Source: an uncultured Actinomycetota bacterium
GTDB lineage: Bacteria > Actinomycetota > Actinomycetes > Propionibacteriales > Nocardioidaceae
Reading direction: 5' to 3'
NCBI GenBank assembly: GCA_963845795.1
Contig: CAWJTG010000001.1
Span: 967 to 64,966 of the forward strand
DNA: 64,000 nucleotides
Within the stretch, counting starts at the first letter, position 1; each line of letters opens with the position of its first letter. The notes beneath the pieces were generated by a model. It had not been told where the DNA came from. It did not search any database and worked only from the letters and a program-made list of their open reading frames with translations. Of the stretch, positions 28,887-40,579 are shown piece by piece. The translations under genes were made by a program, and so were the position numbers.

Positions 28887-29831
28887 ATGAGCACCATCGA
28901 CCTCGGCGCGCAGCCGCCGCCGGCGTCCGGCCTGCTCGACGGGCTCCCACGCCGGGTGACGCTCACCCTGCCCGAGCTGCAGCTCGTGGCGAGCCGCGCT
29001 GGTGACGCACCACTGCCGTTCCTGCGCGCCGAGCCCGCGGGTGCGCCGTCCCTCGAGGGCCGGCTGGGCGCATCGCGGACCACCACCGAGGACCAGGCCC
29101 GCGCCGACGCCCTCGCAGCGCTGCACGACCCCCAGGAGAGCCTCGCCCGCCGCGGCCTGCTCGTCGACGGAGCGGTCGACGACGGCCTGCTGGGCGCGGT
29201 GGGCCTGCTCGCCACCCCCGAGGTGGCGGTCGACCTCGACGTCGCCGTCGACGGCCCCGGCACCGTCCAGGTGAAGGCCTGGCACCGGCAGGCCACGGGG
29301 GCCGTCGCCGCCCTCGCCACCTGCGACGGCGTGGTCTTCGAGCTGGCCTGGTACGCGACGTCCGCCTGGCCCGCCGAGCTCGGCCGGGTGGCCGTGCTGC
29401 CGGAGGACCTCCCGCTGCGCGACTCCGCCGTGCCCAGCGGCGTCGACCTCCCCTACGAGCTCCTCGACTCGGCCGCCGAGGCCGTCACGGGCGGCCGGGC
29501 GGACCTGCTGCCGGTGCTGGCGGCCCGCCACGACGGCGACGTGCTCGACGCCGGTCGCCGTCCGCTCGGGCACGCCGAGGTCGTCACGCTGCTCGGGGCG
29601 CTGAGCGCCGAGGCCCGAGGCCGACTCCGCACGCTCGTCGCCGACGTGACGGGTGAGACCACCGACGTCGTGGGCGTCCGGTCGTGGGTGCTCCTGGCCG
29701 ACGGCTGGCGCACGCTGCGGCCGCACCTGGCCGCCGGCGTCTCCCGCGTCACGGTGCAGAGCGTCCTGCCGGCCGAGCTGGCCGGCGACCTGGCGCCCGT
29801 GCTGGCCCAGGTGGGGAGAGCGGCGCGATGA
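28887..29831 (+). CDS. EspG-like T7SS chaperone (putative)
   Basis: TLTLPEL...APLPF...L.RRGLLVDGAVDDGLLGAVGLLATPEVAVDL, later beta-rich WVLLADGW; ~310 aa size and pattern recall EspG; between a WXG-like gene and a hydrolase. Confidence 0.5.
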   Translation: MSTIDLGAQPPPASGLLDGLPRRVTLTLPELQLVASRAGDAPLPFLRAEPAGAPSLEGRLGASRTTTEDQARADALAALHDPQESLARRGLLVDGAVDDGLLGAVGLLATPEVAVDLDVAVDGPGTVQVKAWHRQATGAVAALATCDGVVFELAWYATSAWPAELGRVAVLPEDLPLRDSAVPSGVDLPYELLDSAAEAVTGGRADLLPVLAARHDGDVLDAGRRPLGHAEVVTLLGALSAEARGRLRTLVADVTGETTDVVGVRSWVLLADGWRTLRPHLAAGVSRVTVQSVLPAELAGDLAPVLAQVGRAAR

Positions 29832-31165
29832 CCGACCAGCCCGACGTCGTCGCAGCCGCCGCCGCCGACCTCGAGGACCGCTACGACCGGATGATGCGCC
29901 TGGCCGCGCTGTTCGACGACGCCGGTGAGGAGCTGCGCCACCGCTCGCGGCTCGGCACCGAGATCGTCGCCGACCCCGCGTTCGCGGACTCCGAGCCGTT
30001 GTCGCCGACCACCCACGCCCGAGCCGAGGAGGACGTGCTCGCGGCCACCACCGGCCGTCGTGGCCTGCTGACCCGCTCGGTGGAGCTCGACGCCGACGCC
30101 CTCGTGGTGCGCGCGACCGTGCTCACCTACCGGTGGATCGAGGAGCTGCAGGAGGCGGCGTACCAGACGCTCGGCTCGATCGCAGGGCGCGCGATCGGCT
30201 ACCTCGCGCCCGAGGTGGCGCTGGGAGGCGCGATCGTCTCCGCCGGGCTGATCGAGACCGACGCGCTCGATCGCGACGGTGTCGCGGCCTACCTCGACGA
30301 GCTGGCCGACGCCAACCCCGAGCTGATGGAGCACGTCGCCAGCGGCGGCGGCGGCCTGCTCGACGGCCTCCAGATGCGCTCCCTGCTCACCGCCGGCGTC
30401 CTGGCCGGTGACTCCGGCCGAACCGCTGCGCCCGGCGGCCTGCGTGCCCTCGGTGTCGCGCCGCTGCCCGGCGGCATCGGCGCCGCCGTCCGCGACGTCG
30501 CCGGCGACGCGGTCGCCGACGCCGACGCCGACCCCGCGGCCACCGTCGAGGCCCGCGAGGGTGAGGCCCCCGCCTCGCTCGCCGAGCTGCTGGCCGAGGT
30601 CGGCCGGGCCACGGCCACCGTCGTCGTGCGGCGCGTCGCACCCGGCCGCTTCGTGTGCCTGCTCCCCGGCCCCGGTCGCGCCACCGGCGGCCGTCGGCTC
30701 CGGCTGGTGGGCGGCGACACCGCCTCCTACGCCGACGACGTCGTCCGGGCCATCGAGATGGCGGTGGAGCAGAACCGGGCCGTGGGCGAGCGGCCGCACG
30801 TGATGCTCGTCGGCACCTCCTACGGCGGCGTCGCCGCCGCCGAGATCGCGGCCGCCGTCGGCGGGTCGATGACCTTCGTGGTCGACCAGGTGGTCACCGC
30901 CGGGTCGCCGTCCGCGCACGTGCCACGCATCCCGGAGACGACGCGGGTGCTGGCGCTCGAGGACCGCTCCGACCCCGCCGCCCTCCTCGGCTCCCTCGTC
31001 AACGCGGGCGCCGCCAACCGGCTCACCGTCGTCTACGACACCTCCGCGGTGCTCGAGGGCGAGGACCCCTATGTCGTCGGCGGCCGGGCCGCCGACGAGG
31101 CCGACGACCCGGACCTCAGGGCCGAGCTCGACCGGCTGCGGGAGCTGGGCTACCTCAGCCGCTGA
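29828..31165 (+). CDS. Helical N-domain plus alpha/beta-hydrolase (PGAP1/lipase-like) protein; putative T7SS substrate
   Basis: FVCLLPG, VMLVGTSYGG (GxSxG), VVTAGSP, VLALEDRSDP; ATGA overlap with the upstream gene. Confidence 0.7.
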   Translation: MTDQPDVVAAAAADLEDRYDRMMRLAALFDDAGEELRHRSRLGTEIVADPAFADSEPLSPTTHARAEEDVLAATTGRRGLLTRSVELDADALVVRATVLTYRWIEELQEAAYQTLGSIAGRAIGYLAPEVALGGAIVSAGLIETDALDRDGVAAYLDELADANPELMEHVASGGGGLLDGLQMRSLLTAGVLAGDSGRTAAPGGLRALGVAPLPGGIGAAVRDVAGDAVADADADPAATVEAREGEAPASLAELLAEVGRATATVVVRRVAPGRFVCLLPGPGRATGGRRLRLVGGDTASYADDVVRAIEMAVEQNRAVGERPHVMLVGTSYGGVAAAEIAAAVGGSMTFVVDQVVTAGSPSAHVPRIPETTRVLALEDRSDPAALLGSLVNAGAANRLTVVYDTSAVLEGEDPYVVGGRAADEADDPDLRAELDRLRELGYLSR

Positions 31166-31208
31166 CCTCGTGAGGTTCCCCCGCGAGCCTCCCGTCGTCC
31201 TGACGCTC

Positions 31209-31256
31209 TCGTGCTGCTCGTCGTGCTGTTCGTCGTGCTGCTCGTCGTGCTGCTTG
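31209..31256. repeat. 12-bp tandem repeat x4 (TCGTGCTGCTCG)
   Basis: tcgtgctgctcg tcgtgctgttcg tcgtgctgctcg tcgtgctgcttg between convergent genes. Confidence 0.85.
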
Positions 31257-31259
31257 CCC

Positions 31260-32630
31260 CTAGGTCGCCAGGTCATGGACGAAGTCGCCGAGCTGCGCGA
31301 GGTTGCGGCACTCGACCATCGCCACGATGTCCCCGTAGGTGGGGGCTGCGGAGTCTCCGGTGCCCCAGTGCCGTCGGTGCTCGGGGTTGAGCCACCAGGA
31401 GTGGCGGGCGGTGCCGGCGAGGTCACGGAGGACGCCCTCGGCGAGGTCGCTGTAGTTGGAGCGCGCGTCGCCGAGCACGAGCAGGGAGGACTTCGGGCCG
31501 ACGGCGTCGGCGTGCTCCTCGGCGAACCTCGTGAACGCCCGTCCGTAGTTGGTGCGGCCCCAGAGCGCGGCGTGCGCGGTGCTGGCGGCGAGCTCGGCCA
31601 TCACGTCGCCGGCATCGGCCCCGGGCCGGAAGTGGTCGGTCACCTCGTGGACGTGGTCGATGAAGGTGAAGGCCCGCACCTTCTGGAACTGGTCGCGCAG
31701 CGCGAACACCAGCAGCAGGGTGAACGTGGCGAAGTGCGCCACCGAGCCGCTCACGTCGCACAGCACCACCAGCTCGGTGCGGTGCGGACGCTTCGGGCGG
31801 TGGTGGGTGACGAGCGGGACGCCGCCGGTGGACATCGAGGCGCGCACCGTGCGGCGGAAGTCGAGCGGACCGCGCCGGCGGGCGTGGTGCTCCTGGGTGA
31901 GCCGGGTCGCGAGCCGGCGGGCCAGCGGCTGGATCTCGCGGCGCATCTGCTCGAGATCGGCGCGGCGGGCCGAGGTGAAGTCGACCCGGTCGAGGGTGGG
32001 CCGCACGGCGACGTCGGCGACGTGGTCGGCGCCCTTCTCCTCCGCGATCCGTCGTCGCGCGTCGCCCTCGACGGTGGTGGTGAAGGCGGCGACGCGACGG
32101 CCGGCGCCACGCTCGGCCTCCTCCTCGCCGAGACCGTCACGCTGCAGCGCCTCCGCGATCCGGTCGACGAGCTCCTGCGGCGCGACCCGCTGCAGGGCGG
32201 TGTAGGCCGACCAGGACGACAGCCCCGGCCCGCGGCCGGGCATCGCGCCGAACCGGCCGACCATCTCGGCGGCCAGCCGGGCCAGCTCGCGCTCGTCGCC
32301 TGCCTCCAGCGCCTCGGCCAGCCGCTCGCGGAAGTCGGCGAGGGCCTGCGGGTTGTCGCGCACCGGCGGGTCGTCGAGCGACCCGGCCGCGACGCCGCCC
32401 CCCACCATCCGCGGGTAGTAGACGTCGAAGAGGCTGTCGAACGTCGGGCGCTGCGCCTGACGCTTCACCAGCGTGGCCGCGTAGGCGTCGCGCACCACCG
32501 CCCGGTCGTGCCACGGCACCGCGGTGAGAGCCGCGACGGCGTCGAGGTCCTCGGCCAGCGACACTGCCAGCCCCGCCCGGCGCAGCGCCTCGAGAAAGGC
32601 GATGTGCCGGTCGACGAGCCCGCTGCTCAC
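31260..32630 (-). CDS. VWA domain protein (CoxE-like)
   Basis: LDFRRTVRASMSTGG, VVLCDVSGS (MIDAS), LLVLGDARSN, WWLNPE. Confidence 0.9.
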   Translation of the reverse strand: MSSGLVDRHIAFLEALRRAGLAVSLAEDLDAVAALTAVPWHDRAVVRDAYAATLVKRQAQRPTFDSLFDVYYPRMVGGGVAAGSLDDPPVRDNPQALADFRERLAEALEAGDERELARLAAEMVGRFGAMPGRGPGLSSWSAYTALQRVAPQELVDRIAEALQRDGLGEEEAERGAGRRVAAFTTTVEGDARRRIAEEKGADHVADVAVRPTLDRVDFTSARRADLEQMRREIQPLARRLATRLTQEHHARRRGPLDFRRTVRASMSTGGVPLVTHHRPKRPHRTELVVLCDVSGSVAHFATFTLLLVFALRDQFQKVRAFTFIDHVHEVTDHFRPGADAGDVMAELAASTAHAALWGRTNYGRAFTRFAEEHADAVGPKSSLLVLGDARSNYSDLAEGVLRDLAGTARHSWWLNPEHRRHWGTGDSAAPTYGDIVAMVECRNLAQLGDFVHDLAT

Positions 32631-33502
32631 CCCGACCTCAGCTTGAGCTCGCGCACCGCCTTGCGGTGGTCGGACTCGTGCTTGAGCACCACGCCGAGCG
32701 TCTCGGCCACCGCCTGCTCGTCGAGGTCGCGGATCTCGAGCGCGACCAGGGTGCGCGCCCAGTCGACCGACTCGGCGATCGAGGGCGCCTTCTTCAGCTC
32801 CAGCTCGCGCAGCCGGGCGACGGTGGCGACCAGCTGTCCGGTGACGCGGTCGTCGAGGTCGGGGACCTGGGAGGCGACGATCGCGCGCTCCCGCTCGGCG
32901 TCCGGGTAGTCGAGGTGGAGGTAGAGGCAGCGCCGCTTGAGCGCCTCCGACAGCTCACGGCTCGCGTTCGAGGTGAGGACGACGAACGGACGGCGGGCCG
33001 CCGTCACGGTGCCGAGCTCGGGGATCGTGACCTGGAAGTCCGACAGCACCTCGAGCAGCAGCCCCTCCACCTCGATGTCGGTCTTGTCGACCTCGTCGAT
33101 GAGCAGCACCGTCGGCTCGTCGCGACGGATCGCGGTCAGCAGCGGGCGGGTGAGCAGGAACTCCTCGGTGAAGATGTCGTCGTGGGTCTCCGACCACGCC
33201 TGGTCGGTACCGGTGGACTGGATCCGCAGCAGCTGCTTCTTGTAGTTCCACTCGTACAGGGCGCGAGCCTCGTCGAGGCCCTCGTAGCACTGCAGCCGCA
33301 CCAGGTCGGCGCCGGTGGCCCGGGCCACCGCCTTCGCGAGCTCGGTCTTGCCGACGCCCGCGGGCCCCTCCACGAGCAACGGCTTCTCGAGCGCGCCCGA
33401 GAGGTAGCTGGTGGTGGCAGTGGCGGCATCGGCCAGGTACCCGGCCTCGTGCAGCCGGGCGCCGGCGTCGTCGGGGTCGGCGAACCAGGAGGCGCTCGGC
33501 AT
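32627..33502 (-). CDS. MoxR family AAA+ ATPase (CoxD-like)
   Basis: LLVEGPAGVGKTELAK, RLQCYEGLD, LLIDEVDK, LSEALKRRC. Confidence 0.93.
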   Translation of the reverse strand: MPSASWFADPDDAGARLHEAGYLADAATATTSYLSGALEKPLLVEGPAGVGKTELAKAVARATGADLVRLQCYEGLDEARALYEWNYKKQLLRIQSTGTDQAWSETHDDIFTEEFLLTRPLLTAIRRDEPTVLLIDEVDKTDIEVEGLLLEVLSDFQVTIPELGTVTAARRPFVVLTSNASRELSEALKRRCLYLHLDYPDAERERAIVASQVPDLDDRVTGQLVATVARLRELELKKAPSIAESVDWARTLVALEIRDLDEQAVAETLGVVLKHESDHRKAVRELKLRSG

Positions 33503-33568
33503 GGCGTGAGCATGCCACCGGCCCCCGAGCGACGGCTCGAGGACCGGTGGCAGGGATCAGCCGGCTGA

Positions 33569-35077
<1,509 letters not shown>

Positions 35078-35212
35078 CGTGTGCTCCTAGGGGGATGCCG
35101 GGCGTTTCCCGGGGCCCCGTGGCCCCGGCCCGGCCGCCACAACGTAGGAGCGGTCCGGGCCGGGGGAACCCCTCAGAAACCGGCACTGCACCTAGGTGCA
35201 AGTCCGACGGCG

Positions 35213-36412
<1,200 letters not shown>

Positions 36413-36673
36413 CGTGCGCTCCTCGTGGTCGGACCGGCGGGATCGGGCCGGTCGGCCCGGAGTCCGGTCCGCGTCACCGTAGAAGCGAAGGACGCTGCTC
36501 CGACCCCTCAGGAACCTGAACTGCAGAAGGGTGAGGCTCCGCCGTGCATTGATCGTCTAGACCGGCGTCACCTGGGGGTTCCCCCGTCGTTGGACAGTGA
36601 TCTCGGTCACTTCGGCGGAAGGAACCTTGCGATGTGGGACGACCTCACCCTTCCCACGGTGCTGCGATCCGCG

Positions 36674-37417
36674 TCAGGACCCGTGGCGGCCCTCACCGGC
36701 GACGAAGCGGGCAGCCCCGTCCAGCGCCCCCTGCTGCAGGGAGGTGAGACCGTGTTCGAGCTCGAGGGACAGGCCATCATCGGTTGACCTGCCCTCGGCA
36801 TCGAGGAGCGCGGCCCGGTCGCCGCGCAGGCACGCCTGCGGCAGTGCCGCGAGCTCGCGCGCCAGTGCCTCGGCGGACTCCCGCGCAGTGCCCGGCTCGA
36901 CCACGCGGTCGACCAGACCGATCCGCAGCGCCTCGTCGGCGGCGACCGGCCTCCCGGTGAGCACCAGGTCGAGCGCCCGGCCGGTACCGACCAGGCGCGG
37001 CAACCGCACCGTGCCGCCGTCGACCAACGGGACACCCCAGCGCCGACAGAAGACGCCGAGCACGGCGTCGCTGGCCACCACCCGCAGGTCGGCCCAGATC
37101 GCGAGCTCGAGTCCGCCCGCGACGGCGTGCCCCTCGACCGCGGCGATCACCGGCTTGCCGAGCCGCATCCGGGTCGGGCCCATGGGCCCGTCGCCGTCCC
37201 GCTCGACACGGTTGTCCATCGCCGCGAGGTCGGCGCCGGCGCAGAACGTGCCGCCCGCGCCGGTGAGGACCGCGACGTGCTGGCCGTCGTCGGCGTCGAA
37301 GGCGCCGAACGCCTCGGCCAGCGCCTCGGCCGTGGCGCGGTCGACGGCGTTGCGCTTCTCGGGCCGGTCGATCACCACGGTGGTGACGGGGCCGGCGGTC
37401 TCGACCCGCACACTCAT
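36674..37417 (-). CDS. Enoyl-CoA hydratase/isomerase (crotonase) family
   Basis: IDRPEKRNAVD, FCAGADL, KPVIAAVEGHAVAGGLELA, WGVPLVDGGTVRLPRLVG. Confidence 0.92.
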   Translation of the reverse strand: MSVRVETAGPVTTVVIDRPEKRNAVDRATAEALAEAFGAFDADDGQHVAVLTGAGGTFCAGADLAAMDNRVERDGDGPMGPTRMRLGKPVIAAVEGHAVAGGLELAIWADLRVVASDAVLGVFCRRWGVPLVDGGTVRLPRLVGTGRALDLVLTGRPVAADEALRIGLVDRVVEPGTARESAEALARELAALPQACLRGDRAALLDAEGRSTDDGLSLELEHGLTSLQQGALDGAARFVAGEGRHGS

Positions 37418-37999
37418 CAGAGGCGTCCGAGGAGCTCCAGGACCCGGCTGGTGAGCAGGGCCGGCGGACTCGGGGTCGTGGGCGGCCAGCGACCGGTCGA
37501 CCCAGAGGTGCTCGCTGCCCGGGTAGACGAACAGCTCGGCCTCGGGCACCGCCTCGACCAGGCCGCGGGCGGCGTCGAGGTCGCCCTCGTGGGCGAAGAA
37601 CTCGTCGTCGTCCTTCCCGTGGATCTGGGCCGCCACGCCCTCGGGCCACGGTCCGAACGCCCAGTCGCCGGCGATCGGGACGCAGGCGTCGATCAGCACC
37701 GCGCCTCGGGCGCCGCCGCGGGTCTGGGCCAACCGCTGCGCCTGCATGACACCGGAGGAGATGCCGGCGTACACCAGCTCCCGCGGCAGGTCGGCGGCGA
37801 CGGCGTCGGCGTGGGCGTCGAGGTCGAGGCCGCTCTCGCCCTGCCGGAACGCCGCCCCCTCCTGGATGGTCTCGAAGGTGCGGCCGTCGTAGAGGTCGGG
37901 TGCGTGCACCACGTGTCCCGCCGTGCGCAGGTCGTCGGCGAGGGCCAGCACCCCCGGTGTCAGCCCCTGGATGTGGTGGAACAGCAGGACCTCGGCCAT
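37417..37999 (-). CDS. Dienelactone hydrolase family protein; apparent +1 frameshift near 37460 fuses it artificially to the crotonase
   Basis: LLFHHIQGLTPG, HAPDLYDGRTF, YAGISSG, QIHGKDDDEFF, YPGSEHLW; corrected tail LLTSRVLELLGRL* ends in a TGATG overlap. Confidence 0.85.
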
Positions 38000-38120
38000 G
38001 TGCGGCGCTCCTTCGGATCGGTGGGTGGGGGCCACTATCCGACAGGATCCGGACGGTCCGCGACCGGGTCCGCCGACGACGTCGTCGCGCCGCCCTGCCG
38101 CGGACGAACGCCCGGGGGAG

Positions 38121-38166
38121 CACGACAGCCCCCGACCGGGACTACCTCGGTCAGGGGCTGCTCGTG
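38121..38166 (-). terminator. Hairpin immediately downstream of tRNA-Ser
   Basis: CACGACAGCCCCCGACCG...CGGTCAGGGGCTGCTCGTG imperfect stem. Confidence 0.55.
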
Positions 38167-38168
38167 GC

Positions 38169-38258
38169 TGGCGGTGGCGGAGGGATTTGAACCCTCGGTG
38201 GACTTGCGCCCACAAACGCTTTCGAGGCGTTCTCCTTAGGCCGCTCGGACACGCCACC
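38169..38258 (-). tRNA. tRNA-Ser(CGA)
   Basis: GGTGGCGTGTCCGAGCGGCCTAAGGAGAACGCCTCGAAAGCGTT...GAGGGTTCAAATCCCTCCGCCACCGCCA; anticodon CGA, long variable arm, encoded CCA. Confidence 0.97.
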
Positions 38259-38314
38259 GCCGGGAAGGCTACCGGAGCGGGCGGGCCGCCCCGAAACCCG
38301 CGATCATGGCCGTC

Positions 38315-38647
38315 ATGGCCTACGACGAGGACCTTGCCGACCGACTGCGGGCGACGCTGGCCGGCCACGTCGATGTGACCGAGAAGCGGATGTTCGGCGG
38401 GCTGGCGTTCCTGCTCGGCGGTCGGATGGCGGTGGCGGCCGCCGGCGGTGGCGGACTGCTGCTGCGCTGCGACCCGGCCGACACCGCGGAGCACTCGGCG
38501 CAGGACGGCGTCGAGCCGTTCGAGATGAAGGGCAGACCGATGAGCGGGTGGCTGCACGTGACCCCCGAGGCCGTGGCCGACGACGACGCCCTCGCCGCGT
38601 GGGTCGACGTCGGCACGTCGTACGCCGTCACGCTGCCGCCGAAGTAG
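38315..38647 (+). CDS. TfoX/Sxy N-terminal domain protein
   Basis: MAYDEDLADRLR, EKRMFGGLAFLLGGRM, MKGRPMSGWLHV, LPPK. Confidence 0.9.
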   Translation: MAYDEDLADRLRATLAGHVDVTEKRMFGGLAFLLGGRMAVAAAGGGGLLLRCDPADTAEHSAQDGVEPFEMKGRPMSGWLHVTPEAVADDDALAAWVDVGTSYAVTLPPK

Positions 38648-38675
38648 CCGGCGGGCGCGGGCCTGCGGGGACGCC

Positions 38676-38770
38676 GATCCGCACACCATTCGTTCGATCG
38701 AACGGGAACGGCGGTCGGGAGGCCCGGATCCGCGCACCATTCGTTCGATCGAACGGGAACGGCGGTCGGG
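38676..38770. repeat. 51-bp tandem duplication, each unit carrying the 14-bp palindrome CGTTCGATCGAACG
   Basis: GATCCGCRCACCATTCGTTCGATCGAACGGGAACGGCGGTCGGG at 38676 and 38727, between convergent genes. Confidence 0.88.
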
Positions 38771-38776
38771 GCGCCC

Positions 38777-40003
38777 TCAGGCCGCGACGACCTCCTCGAC
38801 CTCGGGGCGCCGCTCGAGGCGCCGCACGTCGGGCGCGAACAGCGAGACCGCCACCGAGGCGAGGATCACCGAGCCGACGACCGTGAGCCAGACGTCGTAG
38901 CCGACGAGCTGCGCGACCGGGCCGGTGAGCGCGAGACCCACCGGCCTCGCCACGAAGGAGCCGATGAGGTCGAAGGCGTAGACCCGGGCGAGCTTGTCGG
39001 GTGCGACGTTCTCCTGGATGGAGAGGTCCCACCCGACGCTGAAGATCTCCAGCCCGAAGCCGTGCACGAAGGCACCGGCGAGCACCACGACGAGCAGGTC
39101 CGACCAGGCCATCGCGAACGGGAAGGCGGAGGTCAGGGCGAGGAACCAGACACCGACGTACAGCGCCCGCTTCGGCTTCCACCGCACCGTGACCAGGCCA
39201 CCGACCACGAAGCCCGCCATCATCGCCGCCAGCGCGTAGCCCCAGGCGGCGCGGCCGATCGTGTCACCGACGACGATCGGGCCGAGCACGCTCTGCGCCC
39301 CGCCGTAGAACAGGTGGTAGAGCAGCGCCTGGAGGATGAGCAGCCACAGCCAGGTGTGCCGCAGCACCTCACGGAACCCGGCGGCGACGTCGCCCCACAG
39401 GCTCTGCCGCTCCTCGGTGGTCACCACCGGCGGCACGTCGAGGCGGCCGAAGGCGACCGCGGCGAGGGCGAAGGTGACGGCGTCGACGGCGAGCGCCCAC
39501 CCGCTGCCGAAGCCGACGACGAGCAGCCCCGCCGCACCCGACCCGACGATCACGGCCGCGTTCTGGCCGAGCCGGCGCCACACCACCGCCTGCCGCAGGA
39601 GCGGTGCCGGCACGGTCTGCTGCGTGATGGCCGACGAGCTCGGACCGGCCAGCGCACCGAGCGCGCCGATCACCATGCCGACGCCGGCGAGCAGGGCGAG
39701 CGAGCCGCGGCCCGTGATGAGCGCCCACGCGGTGACGCCCTGGGCGAGTGCGGCCCCGGCCATCGACGTCTCCATCATCGTGCGGCGCGAGAGCCGGTCG
39801 CCGAGTACGCCACCGAACATCACCGCCAGCACGTCGGCCAGCGCGTAGAGCCCGACGACGAGACCGAGGTCGGAGGCGCTTCCGCCCAGGTCGAGGACTG
39901 CGAAGGCCAGGGCCACCGGCGCGATGCCGTTGCCGAGCGAGTTGACCGAGGCGCCGACGAGCAGCCAGCGGAACGGCGCGTGGTTCAGGACGTGCGCAGT
40001 CAC
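38777..40003 (-). CDS. MFS transporter (efflux-like)
   Basis: FRWLLVG..VNSLGNGIAPVALAFAVLD, GGVLGDRLSRR motif A, about 12 TMs. Confidence 0.92.
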   Translation of the reverse strand: MTAHVLNHAPFRWLLVGASVNSLGNGIAPVALAFAVLDLGGSASDLGLVVGLYALADVLAVMFGGVLGDRLSRRTMMETSMAGAALAQGVTAWALITGRGSLALLAGVGMVIGALGALAGPSSSAITQQTVPAPLLRQAVVWRRLGQNAAVIVGSGAAGLLVVGFGSGWALAVDAVTFALAAVAFGRLDVPPVVTTEERQSLWGDVAAGFREVLRHTWLWLLILQALLYHLFYGGAQSVLGPIVVGDTIGRAAWGYALAAMMAGFVVGGLVTVRWKPKRALYVGVWFLALTSAFPFAMAWSDLLVVVLAGAFVHGFGLEIFSVGWDLSIQENVAPDKLARVYAFDLIGSFVARPVGLALTGPVAQLVGYDVWLTVVGSVILASVAVSLFAPDVRRLERRPEVEEVVAA

Positions 40004-40016
40004 CCGAGCAATATAA

Positions 40017-40045
40017 TTCGGTTGACGAACTGTTCGTCAACCGAA
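40017..40045. promoter_or_regulatory. MarR operator (perfect 14-1-14 inverted repeat)
   Basis: TTCGGTTGACGAAC-T-GTTCGTCAACCGAA between divergent MFS and MarR genes. Confidence 0.85.
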
Positions 40046-40072
40046 ATATTCGAGAACCGTAGAATTCACCCC

Positions 40073-40579
40073 ATGCCCCAGGACTTCGCGGACCGTCACG
40101 TCGAGCGCTGGCGCGACCACTGGATCGACATCCCGTTCGACGACGACGTCGAGGCGATGACCGTGCGCATCTCTCAGCTCAACCGCGCCATGAGGGGTGC
40201 GAAGAAGCGCGCGCTGCCGTCGGTCGAGCTGCAGGACGCGGAGTACGAGACCCTGCACCAGCTGATGATCCGAGACACCCCCGGCCTGGCGTCGCCGGGG
40301 GCCCTGGCGCGCGAGCTCGAGGTGTCGGGCGCCGGCATGACCGGCCGCCTCGACGCTCTGGAGAAGCGCGGCTACGTGAAGCGGATGCCCGGTGAGGGCG
40401 ACCGGCGTCGCGTCGAGGTCGAGGTCACCAAGCAGGGCACCACCGTGTGGCGCAAGGCGATGTCGCTGCGCGGTGACTACGAGGACGAGCTGGCCACCGC
40501 CCTCACCCAGTCCGAGCTGCGCACGCTCAACCGGCTCCTGAAGAAGCTGTGCCTCAAGGCCGAGGAGATGGCCGACTGA
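40073..40579 (+). CDS. MarR family transcriptional regulator
   Basis: SPGALARELEVSGAGMTGRLDALEKRGYVKR...DRRRVEVEVT. Confidence 0.93.
   Translation: MPQDFADRHVERWRDHWIDIPFDDDVEAMTVRISQLNRAMRGAKKRALPSVELQDAEYETLHQLMIRDTPGLASPGALARELEVSGAGMTGRLDALEKRGYVKRMPGEGDRRRVEVEVTKQGTTVWRKAMSLRGDYEDELATALTQSELRTLNRLLKKLCLKAEEMAD

Noticed and set aside
29453-31426. ORF with QHDE repeats
   Set aside because: Antisense to the T7SS module; the repeat is just the intergenic 12-bp tandem read in one frame
38169-38258. tRNA-Ser as a prophage or island attachment site
   Set aside because: No integrase nearby and I saw no duplicated tRNA 3' end in the window
36674-38740. 688-aa hydrolase-crotonase fusion ORF
   Set aside because: Runs through the tRNA; removing one base near 37460 restores a normal hydrolase C-terminus with a TGATG overlap, so two genes
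38676-38770. Possible mini-CRISPR with palindromic repeat
   Set aside because: Only two units, separated by about 7 nt; no spacer-sized unique sequence
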